NCBI GenBank assembly: GCA_050084515.1
Contig: CM114271.1
Span: forward strand, 26,474,001-26,538,000
Source: Blasia pusilla
Taxonomy: Eukaryota
Length of the DNA: 64,000 nucleotides
Direction: 5' to 3'
Made by a program: the position numbers and the translations under genes. The notes under the pieces are model-generated. The model worked only from the letters and a program-made list of their open reading frames with translations, had not been told where the DNA came from and did not search any database. Positions 11,886-24,164 of the stretch are shown one piece after another (within the stretch, counting starts at the first letter, position 1; the number at the start of each line of letters is the position of its first letter).

Positions 11886-12842
11886 GTGTTAGATCTCTTT
11901 GGAGGGATTAGCACTGGATTGGTTGCAATATTGCAGGCGGGCATACGAGTGCATACGTACTTTTATGTGGAGAGAGATGAGACCGCACGGCGAGTATCAT
12001 TACGTCATGTGGCGAGATTGGTCCAAAGGTATTATGAGTTGTTGTCGGTATCTGCAGTTCGGGGATATCAACATACACTACCCGCCGACATCTCTTTGGT
12101 GGGGGCGCAGGATCTGGATAGAGTTGGCACCATTCATTTGGTGATTACAGGATGGCCATGTTAGGGTCATTCATCAGCTTGCCGAGGATTTGGATTGCAG
12201 GATCCGAGATCAGGGATATTTTGGGAGATGTTGCGAGTAGTACGACACTTGCAAGAGAGTCAGACATGTTCTCTAGCGTACATTTTGGAGAACATGCCGT
12301 TGTTGGGAGACATTCGTGCACGTGTGATGACGAGTGTGCATCAGGTGAGGTCCTGGTTGGGACCTGTTGTGTTGCTAGATGCAGCGAGTGTTGGATCACG
12401 TGCCCACCATCCACGACTATGGTGGACAAACCTGATACCATCAGAGGTACTGAGTCGAGCATATGATGGAGTCCAGAGAGCACCACATGTCACAGTGGAT
12501 GCTATTTTGGGCTCAGGGCGTTGATCTTAGGTGGTGACGCGGGATGATAGACCACCGTTGGCGATGGCCAATAGGGTGGGGGAGTTGAGGGCAGCCTTAT
12601 CTACGTTGGTGACCTTCCCAGCATCCCATGCCTTTTGTCAGGGAGGGCCAAGCATGATTTGGGATGAGGTGACCCGAGCATTAGAGGAGCCTACAGTAGA
12701 TGAGCGCAAGCGCGCCATGGGGTTTGTTATGGGTACTACGGCGGTGCCAGGTATGATTGAGTCATCATGGAGACAAGTGTTGGGGCAAGCAATGGACCTC
12801 AACTGTCTTACATGGATAGTCAACCTAGGTATGGCTGAGTAG
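11886..12842 (+). pseudogene. DNMT3-like C5 cytosine DNA methyltransferase domain embedded in the retrotransposon Pol frame
   Basis: One frame with three stops (TAG 12162, TGA 12522, TAG 12528). Motif I VLDLFGGISTG (DNMT3A VLSLFDGIATG); motif II YVE; motif IV LVITGWPC*G with the catalytic Cys; motif VI YILENM; motif VIII LDAASVGSRAHHPRLWWTNL (IDAKEVSAAHRARYFWGNL); motifs IX/X DERKRAMGF..TTAVPGMIESSWRQVLGQAMD ([28 protein letters not shown]). Confidence 0.92.
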
Positions 12843-13239
12843 AGACGGATGTGAGTGTCATCCATGTCGTCACGTCCACGAGTTGGACCATTGCCTACAG
12901 GGTCTGTACAGGCATTGGCTGGGGACGGGACGAGGAGAGATAGGCATCCATGGACTTCCTAGGATGTCGTTTGAGCAGAGAGTGCAAAGGCGGCCACAGT
13001 AGCACGTGTCATTTTTTGGATATGGACCATGGTGTAGGAGGTCAGAGTGGAGTGGCTGTTGCGGAGGTGGCAAGGGTTGCTACATAGCAACCAAAGTCGG
13101 AGGTTGCGTCCTCTCCGAGTGAGGTCACGATGGAGACTTGGGAGCCTGTGATAGGTTGCAAGTTGATAGGAGGAGAGCGACGGCGAGTTCATAGGTTTCT
13201 GAGAGGGGGCATGTCAGTTGTTTTTCCTTCAGTATGAGA

Positions 13240-14040
13240 GACTTGGGTACGCTGAAGGGTCCCGAGATACGAATTGAGTTGGCTAGTGATACGTGAATCT
13301 TTTGTCGACCCTACAGGTATTCTGATATGGAGCGAGCCTTGATTCAGAGCAGGAGTCATAACTTGTTGGAGGCAGGAATTGTGGAGTTATCACATGAGGA
13401 GTATGCATCTGCCACAGTCATGACGGAAAAGAAGGATATGTATGGCAATTGGATGGATAGGCGGATGTGTGGAGAACACCGTCCTATCAAGCGACATACG
13501 AGGTCAGATCGATACGCCATGCCTACTCCTGAGGAGATCTTTGATGCGGCAGGGCATGCAAAGATCTTCAGTACTTTAGATCTTCGTGTTGGCTATCATC
13601 AACTTCCTATCACCTTGGAGGACAGGGAGAAGACAACATTCTGGGGGATAGATTGGTTCGGGAGAGATTGCTTGTATTAGTGGCCGTTCTTACCTTTTGG
13701 GTTGAAAAACGCGCCTGCAAAGTTTCAGAGAGTGATGGATAGGATTCTGGCTGGCTTAGATTTTGTATGATGTTACATAGATGACATTCTTATCTTCAGT
13801 TCCACGGTTGAGGAGCATGAGCGACACCTGGAGGAGGTGTTTTGGCAAATGCAATTACATAGACTGAAGTTACATATAGGCAAGTGTAGATTCTTTCAAG
13901 AGCAGATTGAGTACTTGGGACACATCATATACCTGAGTGGGTTAGGCGTTCAGCAGACGAAGATGGAGGGTATTGCGCAGATTCCATGCCCTACAGATGT
14001 GAGTAGAGTTCGAGGGTTTTTAGGACTGTAAAACTTCTAT
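13240..14040 (+). pseudogene. Ty3/Gypsy reverse transcriptase
   Basis: RPYRYS, DRYAMPTPEEIFD, FSTLDLRVGYHQL, LPFGLKNAP, YIDD (13774..13785), KCRFFQEQIEYLGH, VRGFLGL. Confidence 0.97.
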
Positions 14041-14199
14041 CGACGGTATGTCAAGGATTTTAGTGCGATTGCAAAGTCTTTGATCTTGTTGACGAGACTT
14101 GATCAGGTTTGGTTGTGGGGAGATGATCAGGAGCGAGCATTTCAGGAGCTCAAGGACATCTTGACATCCTCACCCATTTTATAGAGACCGGTTAGGGTT

Positions 14200-14565
14200 G
14201 CCCATTCCACCTACATACGGATTGGAGCATGTTGGGTCTAGGAGCAGTGCTTACTCAGAGGGATGACGAGGAGAGGGAGTATGTTGTGGCTTACGCGAGC
14301 CGATTGAACAACATTGTAGAGGCAAAGTACAGCTCCTACAAGGGAGAGTGCTTGGCTGTAGTGTGGGTTGTGGCATATTTCAGGTGCTATTTATTCGGAA
14401 ACCCTTTCACACTTATCACTGATCATCAGCCGTTGAGGTGGTTGATGGAGTCCGACAAGCTTACGTGAAAGCTTGCCATATGGGCTATTTTACTACAGGA
14501 GTATGAGTTTGAGGTGGTTCATAGGACAGGCCGGCTGAACCAGGATGCGGATGGGTTGAGTCGTA
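14200..14565 (+). pseudogene. RNase H domain
   Basis: HTDWSMLGLGAVLTQ, VAYASR, YSSYKGECLAVVW, TDHQPLRWL, NQDADGLSR. Confidence 0.95.
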
Positions 14566-14939
14566 ACCCATGTCCGAGTTAGAGAGATGATACAAGAGCT
14601 CGATGGCATGGAGAGAGTGATGAGGAGATGGTGCCCGGTTGGCATGCATCTGCCTATCTTTGTTGGTTGACTATGGTAGGTCACCATTGGTGATGACTCC
14701 AGTGGTGGGGTTGGATGATGAGTCTTTGGATGCGGAGGTCAATGAGGAGGCGACAGGTAGTCGTGATATCCATGACGACGTGGAGGTTGTGGAGTTTTTG
14801 CGCATTGGCGTCATAGCGAGCACAATGAGTGCTAGGGAGCGAGATCGGATCCTACAACGACCCAGGAGGTTCACGTGGGAGGGGATTCACATTTTGCGGG
14901 TATGGGGAGATGGTAGGATACGAGTGGTACCTCATCCTT

Positions 14940-15990
14940 CTCAGTGAGCACGTGTAGTGCGACATGCCCATGAGGAGTTGGGACATTTGGAGTAAAGCGT
15001 ACTTACAACTTACTCCAGATTCAGTATTAGTGGCGTGGCATGCATACTGGGGTACAGCAGTTTGTCGCAAGATGTATGGTATGTGACAGAGTGCGAGTAT
15101 CCTTCAATGCTCCCACTCTGCAGTTACATCCTTTGTCGATTATGGGTTCAGGTTATTGGTGGATTTTAGACTTTGCGAGACCTTTGCCATTGACGGGGCG
15201 TCATCACCGGTACGTGTTGGTCATGGTGGAGCATTTCTCCAAGTGGATAGAGTTGGTGGCACTATCGGACAAGGCGAGCGAGGGAAAAACCTATGCATTT
15301 CCAGATTGTGTGCTTAGTCACTTTGGTGAACTGGCGGAGGTGTTGACTGACCAGGGTACCGAGTTCAGGGAAGAGTTTCAGGCCTTGTATGATTAGGCGC
15401 TGATAGATCACCACACCACGTCCAGAGATCATCGTGAGGCGGATGGGTTGGCGGAGAGAGTAGTACAAACGGTGAAGAGAGGATTGCGCAAGTATGGCTT
15501 GCAGCGAGGACAATTGAGGGAGTGGGACCTATAGTTGTCATGGTTGGCTATGGGTTATCGCTTTAGTCGGAAGGCATGCTTGGTGTCATTTTCACCATAG
15601 TTTTCCTCTTTGGGAGAGAGTCAGATTTACCTATAGCTATTCAAGATGACATGGCGGAGGTGTTAGATCTTGATGATCCAGATATGTGGGTACAAGCGTG
15701 TTCTCAAAGGGCGGAGATTTTTCGTAGAGTTATGCCTAAGGCCTTTGAGAACTTAGCTATTGCTCAACAAAGAGATATATTGAGGTACGCGACCATTCGT
15801 GGAGGAGGTTATCGTCCATGGATTAGGAAGTTTCATCTTGGAGATTACGTGTATTTATAGCAGGCGGCACCCACGACGCTAGATGTCACTGCAGGGCGCA
15901 CGATCCTATGTGTGCACGAGGTATTACCAACAAGAGTCCTCATGTTGGAGGGACCGGATGGTATGGTTTGGAAGGATCATGTGGGAAATT
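14940..15990 (+). pseudogene. Integrase (HHCC zinc finger plus DDE core)
   Basis: AHEELGH...CMVCDR; ILDFAR, LTDQGTEF, GLAERVVQTVK; stops and frameshifts present. Confidence 0.95.
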
Positions 15991-16065
15991 GTGCACCATG
16001 TCATCTTTCGAACATAGACGGGGACAGTGGATCTGAGCTTCGCAGTGGTACCTGCAGGCTTGAGG

Positions 16066-16212
16066 TGTATGTTGTGCCGATCTACGAGGGATGCAGCCAC
16101 CATGTTAGTATGTGATGGTTTTTCTCGAGGGTGGCATATGTCATGTCTGAACGCCCCCCTCCTCCTCGATGTAGTTCCCACAAGATGATGGATGTGTCCA
16201 AGATGTGTATAG
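16066..16212 (+). pseudogene. PHD finger at the Pol C-terminus
   Basis: CMLCRSTRDAATMLVCDGFSRGWHMSCLNAPLLLDVVPTR*WMCPRCV*: C4HC3 spacing, with the fourth Cys changed to Phe (TTT) and one internal stop. Confidence 0.88.
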
Positions 16213-16279
16213 GGTAGTAGGTCATGTCAGAGAGATGTGATATTTTCTATCTGGAGTTGGGGGGATCCAACTGCCAACT

Positions 16280-16289
16280 AGGGGGGCGG
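16280..16289 (+). promoter_or_regulatory. Polypurine tract of the Gypsy element
   Basis: agggggg(c)gg lies about 70 nt after the pol stop and just upstream of TGT at 16291. Confidence 0.7.
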
Positions 16290-16428
16290 TTGTGTGATCT
16301 CCATGTATATGTATGAGTTGATTTTTGTACATGTGTGGATCGACCCGTGTGTGGGGAAGATCGATGTCGTGTGGTGTAGATGTGACCAGCGATGCATGTT
16401 GTGTAGCGATACGTATGCGCACAACAAC

Positions 16429-17042
16429 TGTCACATTTGAGTAGCCGATAGGCTGAGATCGTGGATAGGGCGTAGGAGCCAGTGGACTATCTTGAGTGTA
16501 ACTTTTTCCCACGGTGTCGGATGAGGTTGAGTATAAGTCCATTATGTCAGGAACGTTGTTTTTGATAACTTTCTTGTTGAGGTCTTTCACAACCGGGTGA
16601 CTTGTTGACCAGGTCAACCGCCCCTGGTAGCCTGTGTGCGTAGGTTACCAAGGAGATGGCTATTTTTAGGGTAAGAGCCTTTTGGCTCTTCCCAACCCTG
16701 TATAAGAGAGGAAGATGGATTTCCTAAGCCATCTTTCTCATGTTGGGCCGTTAGAGCACCTCTCTTGTATGTGTGTGAGATAGGACTAGGGTGCTAGCGT
16801 CCGGATTCCTTGATAGCGCAAGGTGGACGATGCTCGATATGCCAATGTAGATTGAGGAGTGGAGATTTAGGCCGGGTGTGTCATTTTTACTACTCTTTAT
16901 TTTTGTTGTGTGATCTCCATATATATGTATGAGGTTATTTTTGTACATGTGTGGATCGACCCGTGTGTGAGGAAGATTGGTGTTGTGTGGTGTAGATGTG
17001 ACCAGCAATGTATCTTGTGTAGCGATATGTATGCGCACGACA
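16429..17042 (+). repeat. 614-bp 3' LTR of the DNMT-Gypsy element, preceded by a 136-bp copy of its own 3' end (16291..16426)
   Basis: TGTC...GACA terminal inverted repeat; TATAAG at ~16701. Segments 16291..16426 and 16907..17042 differ at 12 of 136 positions with no gaps. Confidence 0.7.
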
Positions 17043-18057
17043 CCGATCAAATTAATGGTGCTCAAAGAAGTGGATGTTGAGAATCCAGCAATTGTAAGAA
17101 CAAGACTCAAGGCAAAAAAATGTGTCTTGTTGTTGAACTCGCTATATGCGTAGAAGAATAAAATTTGATCTAAACATGTCTTTGGTGAACTAGGAACTTA
17201 GAGCAAGTATTCGATTGTGCTAGGGAATAGAACTTGAGAACTAGGAAAACAAGTAAAAAATATTTTATAAGAAATTAAGTGTGTAGGAAAGAATATGAGA
17301 ATTGATTCGACTATGAGATAAATCCATGGGGATCTTGTGTAAAGAAGCACAAGGTATCTCTTTGAGAAAGCGATGCTAGAGCTGGTTGGGAATTAGGATA
17401 ATAGGATCTAGATGGGTCATTTTTAAAAGTAGGAGGGAATGCTGCATAAGACACCAAAACCAATAATTGTTGAGGATCCAAAGGCATTGTGTGTAAAATT
17501 AGCACCAAATATCTCTTTGAGTGGGATATTCTAAAACTAGTAAATCCGAGGGGATACAACGTGGTAAATAGCTCTAGCTAGATGTGTTCTTGGATATTGG
17601 AAATTGGAACTTTTGGCTATTAAAGATGGAGTTGGATCTTGTGATAGTTGAGTTTAGATGGTGTTTAAAAGAAAAAAGGCATAGGAGTTGTGGGCCATTA
17701 GAATATGGCAAAGTCTCAAAAGAGTAACACAAGATATATCAATAAAGGAGTAGACAGCAAATCAAATGGTTGTAAAAACTCTAGAAGAGTATTATCTTAA
17801 CTATCTTCGCATAAGCTCAAGTTCTTAGGAGACGTCGCAATGATATCGTAGGATCTTAAGGATGTAGTGTCATACAACCTACCAACTCAACACCATATGC
17901 TTGCCAAGTTGGATTATGGGACCAAATCACATGCAATACTTAGGAGAAATAACCAAGCCAAGACAAGGGAGCATAATCGAGGATGTGCCTCATAAGTTGT
18001 ACTAGTCATGGATATTGTGTGGCAGATGAAGAGAGTTGAAGATGTATTGTGTGGTTG

Positions 18058-18760
18058 AATTTCAAGATTTAGTACATTTTGGTTATTCAATAAGTGTTAT
18101 GCTTGAAAAAATATAACATAGCTGATGGAAAATGAATGCAAATACTTGTGATGAAAAAATTCATGAGAAAATTTTGGAAAATAGGAAAATAAGAATAAAT
18201 TATTTATTGTGAAGAGTGAAAATTTCAAAAATATCAAAGAATATGGAACACTTGTATAAAAGTTGACTTATGTAGTGGCTAATATTATTGATGGCATTTT
18301 TTCAATTTGGTGATGAAGAAATTATTTAAAAATGAACAACAAAGTATTTTTAACCATTGAAAGAGGGGGCACTCCTTGACTATGGATCCAACGATATTTG
18401 TGTGAGTGAATGATTGGATAAGTTTATGATTTAATTTCAAGATTTAGTATGGTGTGTTCAGTTGATAAGTGTTGTGCTTGACAAAACATGAGAGACATGA
18501 TGGAAAATGGATACAAATATTTATTATAACAAAAAATCATGAGAAAATTTTGTAAGATGGGAAAATAAGAAGGAATTATTTGTAGTGAAGAATGAAAAAA
18601 ATTAGAAAATAGAAAAAAACATGGAATTCTCCTATAAAAACTAAATTATGTAAAGGCTGTTATTTTTATGGTATTAAATTATTTTTTTAGAAATAAAAAA
18701 TCATATGATGAATAAATTAATTAAAAAATCTAGCAAAGTTTTTTTACCTTTGAAAGAATG
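18058..18760 (+). repeat. Old tandem duplication, ~375-bp period, AT-rich
   Basis: aatttcaagatttagta..ataagtgtt..tgatggaaaatg..tcatgagaaaattttg..gaaaataagaa occurs at ~18058 and ~18433. Confidence 0.8.
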
Positions 18761-19269
18761 ACACACTACCTCTCATTCCCCAAAAACCCTGGGGTATGTC
18801 CACCCTAGGTATAAAAGTGAATAACATAAATGCCCTCATCGTTGCATTTAATGCATAGATTGGGCATTCTTGTTCTAGCATCACCTTTTTTTTCAAAGAT
18901 AAAACGTGTTCTTAACTTCTTACCAAATAAGTAGTAGAATCCTTCAATAATGTTTAGATGAACAATGGAACCATGGTGTTTGCATGGTGTGAGCATGCAA
19001 ACACCATGTGCATATAGCTTCACTTTTGGCTCTTATTCAACATAATTTTTAATCCCTCTTTTTTGTTGTGAAGTTTCTCAAAGATGCATTGAATGCATCA
19101 ATGAGGGGAAGTATTTTCTTAGATATACACAACCCCACATATTTGATGTCAATTTGAAATCAATCCCCATTGGACGCCATACAAGTCACTCACTTTTAAT
19201 GGCATTGTAATTTTTAAGCAATTGTAATATTGACTCATATAAGAAGGAAATAAATGACATGAGTAAAGG

Positions 19270-19700
19270 AAGATGGGGAAAATTATCAAAAGAACAAGGA
19301 GGGACTCCAAAATTCTAGAATCACCAAGGCCACCCTTGACCACGAGCAAAAAAAGAGAGGAGAAACCCCTTAAAATTTGACCTCATCTATAGCATAAACA
19401 ATACTAACAACATCTAAAGAAACATGACTACCAATAAGAGGGCTTCTAGTGATCGCGTTTTCCACAACTTGAGTCTCTTTCATGAGCCCATTGGTTTGTG
19501 CACCTTGTTGGGTGATAGAGACTCGTTGTCTCCAATATAACAACCCATTAGCTAAAGATAACCTATTTCTCAAGTGGAGAAGATGAGCACACTAAGGAAA
19601 GCATCAAACCTCTCGTCCATATTCCCATGCATCTCAATGGCCAATGGAACAAAGCGATGTCCTTTGTGAATATGACTCAAAGCCAAGTCTTCTTATTGTT
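19270..19700 (-). mobile_element. Old 3' fragment of a CRE-like RLE non-LTR retrotransposon
   Basis: The minus strand translates GHRFVPLAIEMHGNMDERFDAFLS, matching GHIFIPTAIEMYGAMG at ~24560..24600. The 3' region (gggactc.aaa, atgactac.a.taag, .ctag) also matches 24240..24390. Confidence 0.7.
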
Positions 19701-22700
19701 TAGAGGGTCCAATAAAACCCTCTCACACAAAACGTAAATGTTTTTCGAAGATCCTAGAAGTGTGCATGTTCAACAACTTTCAAAGATGGACGCGTTGTTG
19801 GAGTGGGTCTTAAGTGGGAACTCTTACAAAAAATCAAAAGTGAAGATGCAAATATTTTCATGGAAACCACTGGAAATACCATCCCATCATTTTCCACGAC
19901 CATTATTCATGCATGGACCTTAGGCCGAAGATGGCCTAGTAATGTAATGCATTACCTCCCTCAAGTTTCTTGGAGGATGACCTATCCCCCCATGACAAAG
20001 ATTTAAAGATAGATGATATGACACTAAAAACTCTATAGGACCATAACTTCAAGGAAAGGGGCCGGAAGAACTAATCATGGTACAAAAGGGAGAACTGAAA
20101 AAACTCTTTATTCAAAACTCCAATAGAGGAAAACATCATTTTAATTATAATTATGGAGCACCACTAAATATTCTCTATCGACTATATTATTCGAAGAGAG
20201 TTTTTCAAATGGCAACAACTGAGTATTCACCGTATGTCATTTAAAGCTTGTATTGCGAGTGGCATAACCAGACGTTGGGGTCCCTAACTAGAATATAAAA
20301 TTCGAATATCAGTTTTTGAGATAACTTGGAGACCCTGTAAATTAATTATACTAAAAAAACTTTAATAAAAAAACGACTACCTAATAGAAAAGACCTTTAT
20401 CTATGACCTCTCCCACGTCTTGACCGCGGGCACGCCAAATATGGAAAGGAAGGGGACGATTCCATATCTCTTTTGGGGGGTGCGCTTTTGTGTAAGGGGG
20501 CGATTGAGTTGGACTTAATGTTGTCTTCCTCGAATGCAACTAAAGCGAACTGTCTAATTTTCGTAGATGCACTTTCATATTAATTAGAACGACATTAAGA
20601 GTAGGCTAGCACTTAATAATCCTCCCTTCTAATTGGCCGTTGCTTTCCTTTCTTTCCTAGGGCACATGAGCACGTGAATATTTAATTAAGGTTCCATGAC
20701 TTTTGGATCCTAGTGTTGTTTTATTGGAATATACATCCAAAGCACTATGTGGGCATCTTCAAGCGATGCTATATTCCATATTGATTAGAACGGTCTTAAG
20801 ACTAGGCTTGCTCTTAATCGTCACGTCTAATTGGCTGTTTCTGAAGACGCCTGAGGAGAGGGACAACTACTATATTACCATTGCCAAGGTAGGAAGAAAC
20901 TAATGGTGTAAGCACGAGTGGGTGAATGGGGACAAAAGAAGGCTCTCGTTGAAAGGTTTAATTAATAATAAAAAACAGTTGGAATTAACAGATTAGCTCC
21001 AATACTTTGCATGGATAAGATGCCTCCTTTTTAGGCAGAGGAAGCTATTATTTAATTTAATTATGGAGCCGTAGAACGCCTTAATCGTCTGGAAAATTCA
21101 CAGAAGAGAGTTAAAGGGAATACAGAATTAGCGACGTAAATGCATTATTTAATCTTTGGAACAAAACTCGTGAGTGGTCATGCTTATACTATTCCGGTCA
21201 GCTTAGGAAAGAGCGCCGGAATATTGTAAGTTCCCGACACTAATTAGTAGCCAACAAGAGTATCATTTCTTCTCATGCCCGATTATTTGGGTAGACAATC
21301 ATATAATTAATATTTAAAAAAAAGATTTAAATGAGATGGGATCTAGAACTGACTTCACATTCTCTATGACTATTATTTTAAAATAGTCAAAATGTGGTTA
21401 AATAATTCAAAATAATAATAATGATTTAATCCCCAGATGTGTACTTCCCGCTATTATGTTATAAATCCACTGTATATAAGTGTAAACACTATTCGCTGTG
21501 ATTTGTTTACGAAATAGAATAATGATAATGGTAAATAAGAAGCATTTAATTTTTTAAGGTGTGGCCAATGGCTGACGACTTATTTTCCTAATTGCGCGTC
21601 ATGATTATTTTAAATAATTACGAGTCCAAAAATAAGCAAGCTATTAATTTGTTCTGTGGCCAATTGGGACTACTATTGCTACTGATGCATCATGATTTGA
21701 TGCGAAAATACGAATAGAAAATTCATTAATGGCGCGAGAAATTATTATTATTAGTCAATCTTTGCTCCTATGACAACTTGTAGCGTCACAACGTCTTATT
21801 TCATTTATATAAGGAGTGTTAGTACGAATCGTGGAAAAAAACCCATCCACTTGTAGTGTAGAGTATTTATTATTTGTCGAAATGCTATATATAATTTTTT
21901 AATAGGATTCCAAGGAGCCTTTCAATTAAATACATCTAACATTGGTCTAAATTATTTTGAACAGGTGATTAATAAATATAATTAAAAGAGAATGTGTTTG
22001 ATTGAAGAGAATAAATTAATTATCCGGGCCAAGGATTTGACGGATGCCTATAACGGAAAGCTAGAACTTTTTCCCATCATCAGAATAGAGTTGTCCAAGC
22101 AAAAACACATGCCAAGAAATATTCACACGTGCATAGCACATGCATCATGCTAGTACTTAATAAGATAGTCCCGAATGGATTTGCACGAGTGGATCTTATT
22201 ACATGTATCACTTGTGAATTTTGTTTAACATTCAATCGTGATGTTTGACACTTGAATAAAGCATGTTTTATGACCTTATACACTCTTTCATTGAAAATTT
22301 AAAAATTTGGTTACCATGCCCATGCTTGAAACATTTTTTTTAATATTTAAATAAAAATTTGAAAACTTTAAATCTTAGAGGAATGATAATATTCCACTCT
22401 TTTAAATAACTACTCGAATAAAATTTAAATAATAATCCACTCTTCTAAATAATTACACCCTTCCATAAACTTTTTAAAAATACGTATTGTTCCCCTTCCA
22501 CTCCTCCCACCAAAATAACAGATATTAATTAAATTGTTACTTTATCTTCATTGATGAAATCATTTCTCTCTTTTATTCAAATTCATTTTTTTCCCTTCCC
22601 AAATATAAGTGTGAATTAAGAAAAAAAAATTGAAAGCTTCTTACTATCTTGTCTTTATATATATAAAAATTAAATTGTAAAACATGCTTTATTTTAATGT

Positions 22701-24164
22701 AAAAAAATCATTCACGTTAAATAATTTTTACATACTAAATACAATAGTAATAATATGCCTCAATGTATAGTATATGAGGGGCTAATATGCTTACTCGGAG
22801 ATCAACTAGAAGAAATATTTCATATACTTGCCTTATAGCAAGCTTAAACTTGGGAGATAGTAAGGTTGATCCATATACCACGAAAAATAGCAAATTTTAA
22901 TTGTAGTTGCGATACACATGAGTGATTAAATTGAATAATTTTAATTTATATTATTAAGCGGAGAGACCTTCTTGACTTGGCCATCTCTTCCAATGCTCAA
23001 CCTTGGACCTTTAGATGGCAATAAAATAGTCATGTGACATGGGTGTAATTGAGATACCTGTAATTGTGCATATAATTTTTTGTCCAAAACATAATAATAA
23101 GTAAAACTCATCCAAGTTGGAAGAGGGAAACATTCATAAAAAAGCAAGAATATTGATTTTAACATTTAAGTGGTCACATGGAAGGAACCTTCCAAATTTT
23201 GAAATCCAGATTAATATTGCTTTCACTATACCTCATTAGTACATCCATTTGAATTTTTTTATAATAAATTATCTCACATGAAAAGAAATTATATTTGGAA
23301 CATACTCTTATGAAATGTACATTAAAAAATCCTCCAATCCTTCATATTATTATTGGGAGAATGCCTTGTTGATTTGCAAACACTTCCATGTTTGACACGT
23401 GGCAACTAGGCAGCAAGAAAAAAGTTTGCATTTGTATGCAACATCATTAATCATTTCCCTTCACGGGTTATTCACTAACAAAAGCTCTTCGAACAATTTT
23501 TTATTTCCCTTGCATCTCACGGGCACCTTACTAGTTACTATTAATATTACCTCCATGAGAGTAAAGAATTTTGCTCTACTATAAAATCATTTATCATCCG
23601 ATAATATATTAAAAATAATATAATGAGTCGTCTAAAAACTCTCGTTAAATCACTTATTAAACCCTACAAGACAAAAATTAGACTAGCCAATGTGACACAA
23701 AGAAATTCTCAAACCCATCCTCTTTTAATATTTTCAAAGAACGATTTCTTTCCACTGCACTCCAATTTTCACTAGAGCGGAGTATTTGAACCGAAGTTTT
23801 AATAAAGGGCCACAATCGGAGGAGAAGAAGAAAGCAAATAATGAAACAGGACGTATATGAGTGACGTGGACACGCGTACCATTATTGCCCTTCTATGGAA
23901 GCGGCCACTTCTCGCGTGGCCGCTTGTGATTAGAGGGAGCTTTCTGCGTGCGCCCTCTACTCCGCAAGAGAAGTACGTCGGGAAAACCGGGAATTCCGTC
24001 GGCACGTCCTCGAAGTAGAATTCCGATCCGAGACAAACAAACGATATTACGTAAGGGCCGTAAGGCCTATGGGGCAAGTCCCTCCTTCGGGGAATCTCCG
24101 CGAGAAGGGCGAGAAGCGTTTAGGGTTGACCAGACGGTGATCGCTCGCGAGGAGGAGGAGTATT

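Larger units (their letters stand above)
8886..17042 (+). mobile_element. Decayed Ty3/Gypsy LTR retrotransposon: gag-PR-DNMT-RT-RNaseH-IN-PHD, PPT and 3' LTR; 5' LTR/PBS not found
   Basis: Gypsy domain order PR-RT-RH-IN, with VLLDSGA protease, YIDD RT, TDWS/TDHQPL RNase H, HHCC plus DDE integrase, PPT at 16280..16289 and a TG..CA LTR. Many in-frame stops and some frameshifts. Confidence 0.95.

Noticed and set aside
11886-12842. Host DNMT3/DRM gene or bacterial restriction-modification contaminant
   Set aside because: Intronless, in frame with the retroviral protease and decayed like the rest of pol. The motif order is not permuted as in DRM, and the flanking genes are spliced plant genes.
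16291-17042. Independent TRIM with 136-bp LTRs
   Set aside because: No PBS after the first repeat and no PPT before the second, whereas the PPT before the first belongs to the Gypsy element. Not fully excluded.
17300-18020. Possible decayed coding sequence
   Set aside because: Too many stops and no motif I can assign.
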